A stretch of 64,000 nt of DNA from Eledone cirrhosa (taxonomy: Eukaryota): the NCBI GenBank assembly GCA_964016885.1, contig OZ024741.1, positions 298,840,001-298,904,000 on the forward strand. The letters are read 5' to 3'. Positions 26,975 to 40,384 of the stretch are shown one piece after another. The position numbers and the translations under genes were made by a program. Below the pieces are notes generated by a model. The model was not told the origin of the DNA, did not search any database, and was given only the letters and a program-made list of their open reading frames with translations. How positions within the stretch are numbered: position 1 is the first letter of the stretch; each line of letters opens with the position of its first letter.

Positions 26975-28740
26975 ACCATGTATTACTAATATAAAAATGA
27001 TATTCACACATGTGAGTTAAAAAAATGTCGGTTGCCATGCTGATGGGAAAGAAATTGATTGCTCTGTCAGTATTCACAGGGAAATCCCAGAGGATTGTTA
27101 CATTCTCACCTCCACTTGTTACAATCTCACATCTGGGTGATAACACCTGCACACTACCCAGTTTAAGTATTACCTCATTCTATCATACCTTGTTTTATAT
27201 TCCTGGGCAGCTAATACTATGCAGTCTGAAACTAGGTGGTTTATGGTCCCAACATTCTCATCACAGATTTGACAATTTTGGCCAATACCATTTCTGATCA
27301 AATTGGCTTGAAAGTTGAGATTTAGGTGTCCCTTGTCTCGTGCAGTCAAAATGAAGCCCACACTCTCTGCCTTTAGCTCAAAACTCTGCAGCCACTGATG
27401 AGTAAGAACTTGATCTGCATCAGGTTCTTTGCTACGGAGAACATACTGCCCATACAGTGGTTATTGCTCCCATTTAGTGCACAATCTCTGTTGGCCTTTA
27501 TGTTTTGCCAACACTTTGATATCCTTTGTAGCTTTAATTGCAGAATCGCCATTATTTTCAAACTGTATTCCCAGGTTTTTCCACAAACCTCCTTCTTTCC
27601 TTTATGACTGAATGTAATCACTTCTTTCTCCATTCGTCAACTGCGACCATTTTCATCATCCAGTCATCTGTGGTTTTCAGGTTCTGATTGAGTCCAATGG
27701 TCGATATCCTCTATGAAAGCTCTAGCTGGATCATTACTCTACATCAATCTTGTCTAGGGAGATAGAGGCGAATCTCATCTGCTTTTGGGTGATGTATTCT
27801 ATTACAGGTCAAACGTTTCCTGACTTTGGTGTCCATTCCCTTAATTTCTTTAACGTTCCAATTTATAATATTGAATCTGTAGGCGAGAACAGGGATTGCA
27901 AGCGCACTTATGGCAGAAAATGTATTTCTCGAGTTAAACTCCGTTTTCAGGACAGCACATACACTCTGGTAGCATTCCTTCCCGATTCTCTCCTTCATGC
28001 TGGCTTAGTAAAAACCTTTGCCTTCATTGCTCTATAGATATTTGTAGGCTTGTTCTTGTTCTAGGTTCCTAATTACTGGATTCACATCTATTTCCATTGA
28101 GTTTGTGCCTGTTATTCTGCCTTTGTGAATGTTGCTTTGGTGTATTTTTCCAGTCCAAACTCCAGCCCCACATCATTGCTGAACACCTTGACTCTTTTCA
28201 GCAGTCTTTCCGATTCGTTGTCATTTTTAACATACAGCTTCATGTCATGTCATACATATAAAACAGGTGATCTATTGTTTTGCTATATATTTTGAAGCCA
28301 TATTTTGTTTTGTTTAGCGCTAAAGACAGCGGTGTGAGAGCACTGCAAAATATCAGAGGAGAAACCGAATCACCATGAAAAATACCACAGTTAATACTTA
28401 TGATGCTGGAATTTATAATTCCATCACTGTGTGACAATGATAGGTTTGTATTCCATATAGATATGTTGTATTTCAGGAAGTTTGATGATACTGGAGAAAT
28501 TTTCAGACCATCCAACGTTTTCAAAATCAATGCGTGGGAACACAGTCAAATGCTTTCTTATAGTCAATCCAAGCAGTACTGAGATTTCTATACTCTTAAT
28601 GACAGTTTTTCAGAATCATACGGTTAATGAGAAATTGGTCTTTGCACCCATAAGACCCACTGCCACAACCTTTCTGTTTAATAAGGAATAGATGATTTTT
28701 ATCCATAAATTTGGAGGTCATCTCAGTCAAGATTGAGGTG
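26975..28740 (-). mobile_element. Degenerate R4/Dong-like (restriction-like endonuclease) LINE fragment
   Basis: QKGC..GSYGCKDQFLIN, GIFHGDSVSPLIFC, HLFY M, HHPKAD..RLYLPR, CQICDENVGTINHLVSDC, ILWDFPVNTDR. Confidence 0.85.
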
Positions 28741-28762
28741 ATATTATTATTATCATTATTAT

Positions 28763-30939
28763 TGGAGTCTCGGTCATTCATGTTATTTAACTGAACAAAT
28801 GAACATCAAGCCGCTACCTGCAGCCTCTGATATTCAGGTCGTATCGGAGGCTTCTTGCTGTTTCCAGCAAGCATGCCTTTTGAAGTGTTCCAAAAAGCGT
28901 GAAGGGGCCAATTTTCTTTAACCATCCCTGGAAACTTTTTGAGATAGTAACTAGTGCGCTATGACAATCGGGATCACTTTGACTTCATGGCAGTTCCAAA
29001 TCCTTTTTAACTCCCACTTTAAGTCCTGGTATCGGTTAATTTTCTCCCTCTCCTTCTCTTGCACTCTCGTGTCGAATGGGCAGGCCACATCCACAATCAG
29101 GCACGATCTTTTTTCTTTGTCCAAAACCACCAGGTCAGGTCTATTGTGTTCCAGTTTCTTGTCCGTCTGTATCCTAAAATTACACAGCACCTTCACCTGA
29201 TCGTTTTCTATCACCGCCTCTGGCTTATGTTCATACCACTTCTCAGAATGTGGTAAGTTGATTACTTTGCATAGGTGCCAGTGGATCACCCTGCCCATCA
29301 CATCATGTCTCCAGCCCTTATAGTGAGGCTGGGCTAGGTGTTTACACTCGGATACAATGTGAGCCACAGTCTCCTCTCTCTCTCCACAGATCCTGCACAT
29401 TGGGCTAGCCTCCTCCTTGTAAATGTGGTGTTTCAACCACTTCGTTTTGAGGGCCTGCTCCTGCGCAGCCATTAACATTCCTTCTGTAGCCTTTTTAAGG
29501 TCTCCTCTTTTCAACCAGTTCCATGTCTGTGGATCTCTAAATTCAGTTTTCTCAAAGAAGGTACTATGAAGGGATTTTTCATGAAGGCTGGTCTTTCTCC
29601 TTGATGTTATTTCCTCCTTGGACATCCCCTGGCCTATTGTCCCCTCCTTCAGCACAGTTCAGAGCATTGGCTCCTTACTATCAGTCACGTATTTGTGTAG
29701 GTTGTTTTTCTCCATCTGTCCTCTATGCTGATAAGACCTCTTCCACCCTCAGATCTCCTTAAGTAGAGTCTATCGACATCACTCCTCTTGTGTAACATAT
29801 TGTAGATAGTCAATAGCTTCCTAGTCTTCCTATCCATTTCTTTTTGTTCAGCAACATTCCATCTCAGAATTCACGCACTGTACCTAATAATAGACACAGC
29901 TCGGGAATTTACTGCACTTATGGCATTCCTACTGTTCAGATGTGACTTTAATACGCTCCTTACTCTCCGAAGGTATTCAGTTCTTATCAATTCCTTCATT
30001 TTTTTGTTCTTGATGTCATCAGCCTCCAGAACGCCCAAATACTTGTATCCTTCCTCAGAGTCAATTTCTTTTATCATCTCACCTGTTGGTATCTGGATTC
30101 CGTTACTTCTGCTCAACTTACCCCTCCTCATCACAATGACTCCACACTTACTAATACCAAATTGCATACATATATCATTGCTGAAAATACGGACAGTGTC
30201 AACAAGCACATCCAACTCCTTCTCACTCTTCCCGAAGAGCTTAAGATCGTCCATGAAGAGGAGGTGATTGATGGTAAGCCCTCCCTTTCCCAACCTGTAT
30301 CCTGCTCTCACTCTTCGCAGTACACTGGTCAGGGGCATCAGGGCAAGGACAAACAACAGAGGGGACAGACTATCTCCCTGGAAGATACCTCTCTTGATCT
30401 TCACGGTTCCCAAGGATTCTCCAGTTGATGTTAACTCTGTTTCCCAGGACTTCATACTTTTGCCCAACAACTGTCTGATGTTATCTGCCACCTTGAAGAT
30501 CTCCAGTCTTTTGGTGATCCAAGAATGAGGCACCATGTCAAATGCCTTTTTGTAGTCTATCCATCCCATGGCAAGACCAGTGTGTCTCCTCTTTCAATTC
30601 CTCATTACCATCTTATCAATAAGTAACTGGTCCTTTGTACCACGTGACTTCTTTTGGCATCCTTTCTGTTCGTCCGGTAACAAGTTGTTTGTGTGGTGAT
30701 GGTAGATTTCCACAGACATAATGCTTGTCAACAGTTTCCACATTACGGACAGACATGTGATAGGTCTATAGTTGGTAACATCATTACCCTTGATTCGGTC
30801 TTTCATTATCAGAACTGTGGTACCTTTTGTCAACCACTCTGGTACCTCACCTGACATCTAGCAGTCATTGAACATGGTTGTCAGTTTCGGGTGGAGGGAT
30901 GTTATGTTTTTAATCCAATACCCCTGCACACCATCTGGG
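28763..30939 (-). mobile_element. R4/Dong-like LINE, RT through endonuclease and 3' UTR, 5'-truncated
   Basis: NYRPITCL, DYKKAFDMVPH, GIFQGDSLSPLLF, HLLFMDDLKLFG, CRICGEREETVAHIVSEC, RPDLVVLDK..IVDVACP..KINRYQDL (PD-(D/E)xK-type endonuclease). The 3' end runs into a TAA-rich tract. Confidence 0.92.
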
Positions 30940-31180
30940 TATTATTATTATTATTATTATTATTGAATGCTATGGTTGACGGTGGCTCGGCTCTGTAAGG
31001 TATTGTAAATTTTGAACGCTATAACAACTGTAAATTGTTTAAAACTTTAACCAACTTGTAGACAAAAACAGCCTCCTCCTCGTGAGAGGGGTCTTTCTGC
31101 CCGTTATTTGGCCCTTCGGGGTTAAATAACTGCTTATTGGGGTTTTGTGCCCAATATTTATTTTAAACAAAAAAAACAAC

Positions 31181-32911
31181 ATGGCTACGAAAAAGAATTT
31201 TCATAGGTCACTCCCACTCATTCCGTCTTCTTCTTCCTCAATCGTCACTATAGCAGAGAGAAGATTGTCTCTCTCCCTCCCTTCTTTAAATGTGTCTCTC
31301 TCCCTCTCTTCTCTTTCGCAAGCGACGACAGAAAAGAAAAGTCTCGTGCAAAGCGTGCAAGATTTCTCCACGAGAAGATGGTGACAAAAACTGGACACCG
31401 AGCAATCTGCAAGGCAGCGGAAAAATGTTTCGAAACCCAACAGCACTGTACGGTCACGTACCGTACAGCAAGTCCAAAATCCCGTAGGGTTGAAAGAGCC
31501 ACAGAGGCTCAAATACAAAAAGCCTTGGGGTCTGTGTGGCAGCGGAAAACGCACATCACCCGAGGCAAGAAATATGCCACCGTAGACGTACATTTTGCCA
31601 CACACCAGGAGGCAAAGGCTCAATCCGTAGTGACCCTAAGGATCGAGGAAATGGTGTTGGTGCCCTCCTACTGCGGGAAAAAAATTGTGAGGGTCAAACT
31701 GACCCCCCCCCCCCGGGATGGCCCCTTCTTGGCTGGCCGCGTCTGTCCTCGTCGGAATCGAGGACAAAACAACTGTACTGCAAGTACAGAAAACAGTAAG
31801 AGAAGATTGGGTCGGCACCTCCATTGACGTGTTAATCCAAACCAACCAGGAGTGCATCGAAGCTATCCCGGATGTGATAGACTTCGATAACGGCACTCAA
31901 CTGCCCATAAGTGTTGAGGGCAAACGCCCGAAATGCTTTCGCTGTGGATCGAAGACTCACCTCAGGGCCTTCTGCAACGAGAAGGCCCTGAGAAAGGAGA
32001 AAACCCCCCTCCTTCCGAAACCGGCTCCATCGCTACCAACAACAGGACAAGCGGCAACCAGGAACGATAGGTCCGTGGCACCCATACCCACGCCACGGAA
32101 ATAAAAAACAGCAGCAGCAGTGGAAGTATTAACAACAACAACAGCAATACCAAATGCAGCTGCAACAGAGACTCCAGTGCAAACATCACCAACAACAACA
32201 AGTGAAAGAGTGGAGCTGGTACCCCTCCCCGACCTCACAGAATCAGACATGGAGTGTGAGGTGGGAGAGGGATGGCAAAAGGTCGTAAGAAGGCACAAAC
32301 GCAGAAGCAGCGCATCGTCGCCTTTGAAAAGGGAGGAAAGAAATGAAAAAAGGGTAAAGTCTACTGCAAAGAGACTCACAGCAGCAACACCACCAACACC
32401 ATCACCACCCACACTAGCACCACCAACACCACCGGCGACAACCCCACCGCCAACAACACCTTCAACACCACCACCACAAGCACCAACATCGCAAACACAA
32501 CAACAAAACACACACACCCAGCAACAACGACAAGAAAATAGTAGAACCACACCCCACCCCCAGAAAAACAAATGCACGGCAATAAATACACACAAGAAAC
32601 TAATGACTTACATAATTGAACACACAGACATTTCACAACACGACTACATAATACCAGCACCAATCAAAACGCCAACTAACATAAGAATGCTAAAAATAGC
32701 ACAGAAACAATACACAAACATTAAAACGAAATTCCCCAACGCAGTTGGTGATTTCAGAGACCTAGGAGGAACTATCAACCGAAGAGTATATTCGGACATA
32801 CTCATAGAAGAGCCGACGACCACCCGAAGGGACGATTCAACGGTCCCTTCACCAGACGATCAAGTGAAAAGGAATGGAAAAACCATCCCTCCTCTACGAA
32901 AAGTACGGTAA
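31181..32911 (+). pseudogene. LINE ORF1 (CCHC knuckle), disrupted
   Basis: VEGKRPKCFRCGSKTHLRAFC, homologous to family A ORF1; broken near 31380, at the C-run near 31710, and at 32104. Confidence 0.85.
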
Positions 32912-32946
32912 GTGGTCTTTCCCATCTTTTCCACTCTATTTTAAAC

Positions 32947-35900
32947 ATGACCTCACTCAGAATAGGCAGCATAAATGCGCGTGGCTTGGGGTCGTCGTGG
33001 AAGCAGGGTCACCTGCTCAACGACCTCAGGTCACTAAACATAGATGTAGTGGCCATCAGCGAGACCAGAATCTCCGAAGCACGGGCCTTCGCACCGATCT
33101 TCGGCGGCTACGATGTGTACGCATCTCCCAGCCGTCCTGGATCGGGGGGAGGAGTTGCTGTGCTTTTTCGGAGAGGTTTGGATTTCGCCATACGGGCCAT
33201 CTTCCTGGACCCAGAGGGTAAGTTGGTGGTGCTGGACCTGACCAGCGGAGACGGGCAAGCTTTCAGGCTAGTGGCCGTCTATGCCCCGACAGGAGCAGGG
33301 CGGCCTGATTTCTTCCGGCGTCTGGAGACCTTTCTTGGAACGTCCCGCTCTTTAGTGTTAGTGGGCGACTGTAACGGGATCTTAGATGCACGCTGGGACT
33401 GTGTGGGATTAGCGGATAGAGGTGGAGGGTGCAAGAGCCTCACCAACCTGCTCAGGCGTTTTGAACTGTCTGACAGGTACCGATTGGATTTCCCGAATGT
33501 GCCAATGTGGACTTGGACAAATCGCATAGGGTCATCCAGATCATATCTAGATAGAGTATTTTGTAGGGAAATAGATAGGTCTAGCATAGGCTGTCCACAA
33601 TTCAAGATAGTCAGCTACACGGACCACAAATTCGTGATCTGTGTGCTTGACTTAGATAGGCTTCATAGACGAGGACCCGGCTACAGGAAGCTAAACGCGT
33701 CCTTACCAGCGCGCAAGGCCTACAGAGACCGGATTAGAGAACTAGTTAAGCGGGCGTTGACGGAGGCCATCGTTAACAACAAGTGGTGGTTTTCTCTGAA
33801 AAGAGCGATTAGAATAGAATCGATTAGGTTTAGTAAGGCTTTAGCAATAGAGAAAAATAGAGCAGAAGGAGAACTAGTTATAAAATTAGACGAGGCGCTT
33901 AGCAAAGGCATTGCGACCGACGTGCTTGCGGCTAAATTGGCCCTTGACCAATTCTTCAATGCAAAGCACGAAGGCTGCGTTGTCGAAGCAAGGGTGCGTG
34001 CTCTCAGACACGAGGGGACGAAAGCCGTTCAATGGGCCCGAGTGGCGGAGGCGCGTCGTGGCAACAAAGCCACGATCCGGTCTTTGGTGGACCACGACGG
34101 GCGCATGCTACTCGATCCCGGGCAAATGTGTGAATCTTTTCAGCGACACTTCGCTCAGCTGTTCGGGGGCAGCGGTGGGCCGGGTCGAGGGATGGACTTT
34201 AGTGTCTACCTCGACGGACTGCCGCGGCTCTCGGCCACTGAGGCGAAGTGTTGCGAAAAGCCGATAACAGCCGCTGAAGTAAGGGAGGCAATGACTGGCT
34301 GCACAAGGGGTAAATCGACTGGTTTGGATGGTCTGCCCTATGAACTTTACGTACATATGCCAGACTTGTTCGGAAGCGCTCTTGGCGGACGTCTACTGCA
34401 ACTGGCAACAGAACGGGAGAATTCCCAGTTCTGTGAGCCGAGGAGCGGTGGCACTGCTGAGAAAGGATCCGACCAAGGGGGATAACATAGATAATTTCCG
34501 GCCCATAACTCTGCTAAACACAGAGTTCAAGATTTTGGCCAAGGTGCTAGCAAAGAGGTTGGCGCTTGTCGTTGGTGGTCTGGTGGGAGAGGCGCAGACA
34601 TGCGCCATTCCCGACAGATCCATCCACGACAACCTCCACCTCATGCTATACATCGTAGAGAGGGTAGCTAGGGAACCTGGAACGGGTGGGTCCTTGATCA
34701 ATTTAGATCAGTCGAAAGCTTTCGATAGGGTCGACCATCGTTACCTAGCGGCAGTCCTGAGGGCGGCTGGCTTTGGGCCCGCCTTCAGAGGCTGGATCGC
34801 TGCCATGCACAGCGACATCTGCTCTGTGGTGAGAGTGAACGGTCACCTGTCGGAACCGTTCAACATCATGCGCTCGGTCCGCCAAGGATATCCCCTCTCG
34901 TCCCTCTTGTACGTATTGACTCTAGAGCCATTACTGCACAAACTGGAGACGTTGAGGGGCGTCCCGCGCGAACAAGGATGCGGAAGATCCGTGTCAGCAT
35001 ATGCGGACGATGTCACCGTAGTGGTGTCGAACGCCAAACACATCGAGGCGATCGGCACTACACTAAGAGAATACGAAGCGGTGACAGGAGCAATGATCAA
35101 CCAGGAAAAGTCAGTGAGCCTGCAGCTCGGCACCTGGAGAGGCAGGTCCATGCGTCCAACAGCGTCGTCGGACGCTGGACGGACGGACCGGTTAAATTGC
35201 TAGGGGTGTGGTTCGGTCCGGACCTCCAGACGGACAAAAACTGGGACGAGGTGACGAGCAGGGTGGCTTCTCTCACCCAGAAATGGGTGGAGAGGAAGCT
35301 ATCCCTGAAAGGTCGAGCGGAGGTGGCTAACGCGTACATCGCGTCCGTCATCTGCTACCGCCTGACCGCCGTACCTTGTCCTAAGCCTCGCCTGACTGCG
35401 CTGGAGCGTTTGCTCTTTCGCTTTTTGTGGAAGGGACGCGCTCCGATGGTCAGGCGGTCCATCTGTTGTCAACACCAGCTACGTGGAGGGCTGGGCATGC
35501 CGTGGCTGATGATGCGCAAGCACGCGCTCAGGCTACGACAACTCCACCTCTTCCTCGACGGTGATCAGGTGTGGTCGCCGTTTGCTAGACACGTATTTCC
35601 CCAGCTCGTTTCCTTGACGGAGCTGCAGTCCTGGGTCAAGCGAAGACCGAGAGGGAGCGCCTGGATATTGGAATGTCTTCAGGCACTCACAGCCCTCGAC
35701 CAATCGGGCAATGTGATCGGTGGAAACTCCACCTCGGCGTTCTATAGAGGATTAGTGGAGGGGAAGAGCGACGACGTACTTGGGGAAACTCTAGGCGTCG
35801 ACGAAAATCAACTAGCCAATCTCTTCGGAAGAACTTTCGGGCCAGGGCCTATGGACAACTTCCAGAAATCTCTGGCCTGGCAGTGCTACCGAGGAGCCTT

Positions 35901-36366
35901 GCCAGTTCGGGATAAACTCTACAGGCATGGAGGTGCCGTCAGCCGAGCATGTCCGAGATGCGCACAGGGCGACGAAACCGTCCTGCACGCACTCGTCCAG
36001 TGTCCGAAAATTGCTGACTTGTGGGTTTATGTCGAACACCTGCTGTTGCGTGTAGGACGGATCCGGCTATCATCTGAGTCCATCGTGAGGATTGCCCCGC
36101 CCTCCTCCTTTAGCCGGGAAGGGCAGGCAGTTTTTATCTGTCTGGTGGCCATGGCGAAAGAGATAGTATGGTGGACACGTTTGAAAGGGCTGAAGACGAG
36201 CACTTACCTCTTCGGTGATGCTCTGATTGACTTTTTCAAATTTCATTTGAAAAGGAAAATCAGAGTAGAGAGGGAAGTGCTCTCTTCCCAGCATTTTGTT
36301 GAAAGATGGGTGAGAGAAGCAAGAATGACCCGAGTGAATGGGCCTACTCTGAGTATATATCTGTAA
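32947..36366 (+). pseudogene. LINE ORF2 (APE-RT-CCHC), two frameshifts
   Basis: SINARGL, ISETR, VYAP, YLDR, TDH, FRPITLLN, DQSKAFDRVDH, VRQGYPLS, AYADD, CPRC.QGDETVLHALVQC; frameshifts near 34380 and 35155. Confidence 0.93.
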
Positions 36367-36614
36367 ATTAAAGGTGGAAAACTGGGAGAGGGCACCTGCC
36401 TTGGTGGTCAGGGTCACTGTGGCCTTTTACTGGGCTTTCTCCACAAATGTCCCTCCGAAGTCTCCCCCTGTTGGGGAATTTTTCATTGTTATTTTTTGTT
36501 ACATCCTCTGTTTTTGTTTTTTACACGCAGAAATGCCCATTTGTACCGTCCTGTATTGTCCTGTACTGTCCTTAATGTAGACTTTATGTAAACCCTTGTG
36601 GTTAATAAAGAAAA

Positions 36615-36651
<37 letters not shown>

Positions 36652-36779
36652 GTTGTTCTTTGAGTCTCAGTCATTGATGTTAGTTAACTGGAAAGTTTGT
36701 TGTAATGAATATCAAGCCACTACCTGCAGCCTCAGATATTCAAGACGTATCGGAGGGTTTTTGCTGTTCCCAGCTAGCA

Positions 36780-36780
<1 letters not shown>
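36652..36780 (-). mobile_element. Short R4/Dong-like 3' terminal fragment between two (ATT)n runs
   Basis: Matches the 3' ends at 28763-28880 and 42218-42340. Confidence 0.8.
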
Positions 36781-36828
<48 letters not shown>

Positions 36829-36829
<1 letters not shown>

Positions 36830-37210
36830 GAGACGGACACCCTGCTTTGCAGCCTAGAGTTACGGCCCTTTACGTTCAGAGTTCAAATCCCACCGAGGTT
36901 AATTTTGTCTTTCAGCCTTACAGGGTCGATAAGATAAAGCACCAGTAATGCAATGCGGTCGCCTTTCCCCTCCCCCCAAATGCTGGCCTTGTGCCTAAAG
37001 TAGAAACAATTATTATTATTATTAGAATTGGCAGTGTCGGTAGAGGGTCTGACATGCTTTCCAGCATAGTTACGTCCCTTTACGATCTGAGTTCAAATCC
37101 CGCCGAGGTTAACTTTGCCTTTCATCCATACGGGGGCCGATAAAATAAAGTACCAGTAATGTACTGGTAAATTGCTGGCCTTGTGCCAAAAATAGAAACA
37201 ATTATTATTA
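36829..37210 (+). mobile_element. Two tandem tRNA-derived SINE copies ending in (ATT)n
   Basis: B-box-like gagttcaaatcc, central ttgcctttcatcc..cggggtcgataaaataaagtaccag (resembles the Deu/Nin SINE domain, recognised from memory only), and 3' ggccttgtgcc..tagaaaca-attatt. The family recurs at ~37640, 44016, 44220, 45575(-), 47243, 47828, 51408 and 62780(-). Confidence 0.8.
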
Positions 37211-37605
37211 TCGTTCTTTGAGTCTCAGTCATTGAAGATATTTAACTGGACAGTTTGTTGAAATGAATATCAAGCCGCTAGCAACAGCCTCAGACATTCA
37301 TGACGTATCGGAGGGTTCTTGCTGTTCCCAGCAAGCATGCCTTTTGAAGTGTTCCAAAAAGCGGGGCTGGACCAATCTTCTTTAGCCATCTTTGGAAACT
37401 CTTTGCGATAGTACCTAGTGCGCCTATGACAATCGGGACGACCTTGATTTCATGGCAGTTCCAAATCCTTTTTAACTCCCACTTTAAATCCTGGTATCGG
37501 TTAATTTTCTCCCTCTCCTTTTCTTGCACACTCGTGTCAAATGGGCAGGCTACATCTACAATCAGGCACAATCTGTTTTCCTTGTGCAAAACCACCAGGT
37601 CAGAG
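37211..37605 (-). mobile_element. R4/Dong-like 3' fragment (endonuclease C-terminus)
   Basis: DLVVLHKENRLCLIVDVACPFD..KVVPIVIGALG..LQKACLLGTARTLR. Confidence 0.88.
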
Positions 37606-37779
37606 ACAAACCAACTATTATTATTATTGGGCCATGCCATTCTGAGTTCAAATCTCGCCTTTCATCCTTACGGGGTCGATAAAATAAAGTACCAGTAATG
37701 CACTGGGTAATTGCTGGCCTTGTGCCAACAGTAGAAACAATTATTGTTATTATTATTATTATTTTTATTTTCTTTCATT

Positions 37780-40380
37780 ATTGTTTCTGAGATATATGCC
37801 GAGTGTCTTCCTGACACCTAGGGCAAATAAATTCACAGTGTGCATTGGTAAGCCAGTTAATACAGCACATCGATTATAATAAAAAAACAACAAAAAAAAA
37901 CAGTATACATATATACACATGTGCATATGCATATGTAAATACAAGGAGGGATATCAATCTTACAGAGATAGTGCTCTTCTCAATACGTGTGCAGTACCAG
38001 TCAAAACAATTTTTTGCACCTCGTGCAGAGAGGGTAAACCAGGAATCATTCGCAAATATTGTTCTGTTCCTTTCTTGATCATACCCAGTCCTTCCACAAT
38101 CACTGGTATTGTAACGGCCTTCATGTGCCACATTCTCTCAATTTCAATAAGCAGATCTTTATATTTTCGTAGCTTGTAAAATCCTTTTGCCGCGATATTG
38201 TGATCACATAGGATGCTCATATCTATCAACAAACAGACCTTGTTTTGTTGATATTTTATAATGATGTCAGGTCTATTTGCTTTTATGGTCCTGTCAGTAT
38301 GTATAGGAAAATCCCAGAGAATTGTTACTTTTTATTCTTCAGTTACAGCCTCAGGATGATGGTTGTACCAATTTTCTTCAGCTTTGATTTTGTAATGCTG
38401 ACATAATACCCAGTGTAGATATTGGCCAATTCTGTCATGTCTATATTTGTATTCTACAGTGATCCACTGTTTCAACCCCAGCATTACAGAATCGACACTT
38501 TGGGTTTATTCCGTTTCTCATCACATTGGCCTGGTAATTACGAGTCAATAAGCTTTGGTCTTGGGCAGCTAAGATGAAGCCTTCACTCTCCGCCTTTAGG
38601 TCTGAACTACGTAGCCACTGATGGGCGTGCTTTTGGTCAACATCAGCTCTCAATTTGATGGTTTCTGCTCCCAATTTGATGCTAATTGTCCTTGCCCTTT
38701 TGATTTTGCCAGTGATTTTATGTGCCTAGCAGCATCAGTTGCAGCAGTTTCTTTAGTCTGTCCAGCCTTGGTATCAAGCATGAGATCAGTAGCATATTTT
38801 TGCTCTTCTTCAAGATAGAATGAAGCTTCTTACTTCTCTCATACTTTTCAACAAGTTTCAGCATACAGTCGTTAGTTGTTTCAAGGTATTTGGCTAGTCC
38901 AATGATGGTGTTCTTGTAAGCAAGTTCAAATTGGATCAGGCTCCGGCCTCCCCGAGTTCAGGGAAGGTAAAGACGATCCATATCTGCTTTTGGGTGGTGC
39001 ATCCTATTACAAGTCAGTAGCTTACGGACTTTGGTGTCGATTTTTTTGATTTCACTCATATTCCAGTTCAACACACCGAAGCTATAAGTGACAACTGGGA
39101 CTGCCCAGGAATTTATAGTTAGCACCTTGTTACGAGCGTTTAGTTCTGATCTCAGAACTGCACGTACTCTCCGGTAACATTCTTTCCTTATCCTCTCTTT
39201 CATACTTGCATGCTGTATGCCAGAGCCCTCATTAGTATTTATAGGTTTGTTCCTGCTCAAGTTCCTTTATGATCGTTTCAGGATCCAATTCAACTGAGTC
39301 TGAGTTGACAAGCTTCCCCTTCTTGAAAGTGGCTTTTGCACACTTGGCAAGTCAAAACTCCACCCTGATGTCATCGCTAAACGTTTTTATTGTCCGCAAA
39401 AGGCCTTCCAGTTCCTCATTATCTTTTCAATATAGCTTCAAATCATCCATATAAGATAGGTGGCTTATTTATTTGTTGTCAATTCTATAACCGTACCCTG
39501 TTCTATTAAGTTTGGATGTAAGGGGTATTAAAGCTATGCAGAAAAGCAAGGGTGAAAGTGAGTCACCCTGGAATATACCACAGTTGATGTTTATATTCCC
39601 AGACCACAGTACCCCAGTGGAATGAGACAATTGGAGATTTGTGTTCCATAATGACATATTGTGCTTCAGGAAGTTTGAGATCACAGGTGAGATTTTGAAG
39701 TTGTCCAGTGATTTCTGAATCGATGAGTGTGGTATGCTATCAAAGGTTTTTTTTATAATCGATCCATGCAGAACTGATTTCTGTGTTTATTATGACAGTT
39801 CTCAAGTATCATTCAATTAATCAAAAGTTGATCTTTGCAACCATATGAACCTCGTCGTCACCCTTTTTATTCAATGGGGAAAAGATTGTTCTCCTCCAAA
39901 AACTCGTATGCTTTTTCCATGAGAATAGAGGTTAATAGTTTATAAATGGTGGATAAGGGTGTTATGGGCCGATAGTTTTTTTTATCTTTGGTTTCGTTGT
40001 TCTTTGGTTGAAGGTGGCTAATTCCACTTGCTATCCAATCAGGTGTATTTTTTGGATCTTTCATAATTCCATTAAACAGCTTGACCAATATATTGTGAGT
40101 GCGCGGGAGTGAGGAAAGCCAGACATTTGGCACCCTATCTCTACCAGGAGATTTCCATTTATGAGATTTATTGAGTACTGTCCTTAAGTCCGCTATAGAG
40201 ATGTCTTCCCACGCCTGTTCTAAATTTGTCTAGGATTTTTCCAGGCGACTAATCCAATCTACATTAGTATTATATGTCTTCTCATCACTTCAAATCTTAC
40301 TCCAGAAGTTTTCAACTTCTTCTATGGACTTCAATAATTATATTTTTCTTCCCTACTTCTCTATAAAATGACTTTGCATT
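37780..40380 (-). mobile_element. R4/Dong-like LINE of a second subfamily, degenerate RT-endonuclease
   Basis: KNYRPITPLSTIYKLLT, GIFQGDSLSPLLFC, MHHPKADMDRLYLP, AAQDQSLLTRNY, CRFC...ETVDH, KYKDL.IEIERMW, VQKIVLTGTAHVLR. The 3' boundary is approximate. Confidence 0.88.
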
Positions 40381-40384
40381 ATTA

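Larger units (their letters stand above)
30965..36615 (+). mobile_element. Near full-length Tx1/L1-like LINE (family B), flanked by (ATT)n
   Basis: (ATT)n at 30940-30964 and 36616-36651; ORF1 and ORF2 as listed below; 3' end TTAATAAAGAAAAC-ATTATT. Confidence 0.93.
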
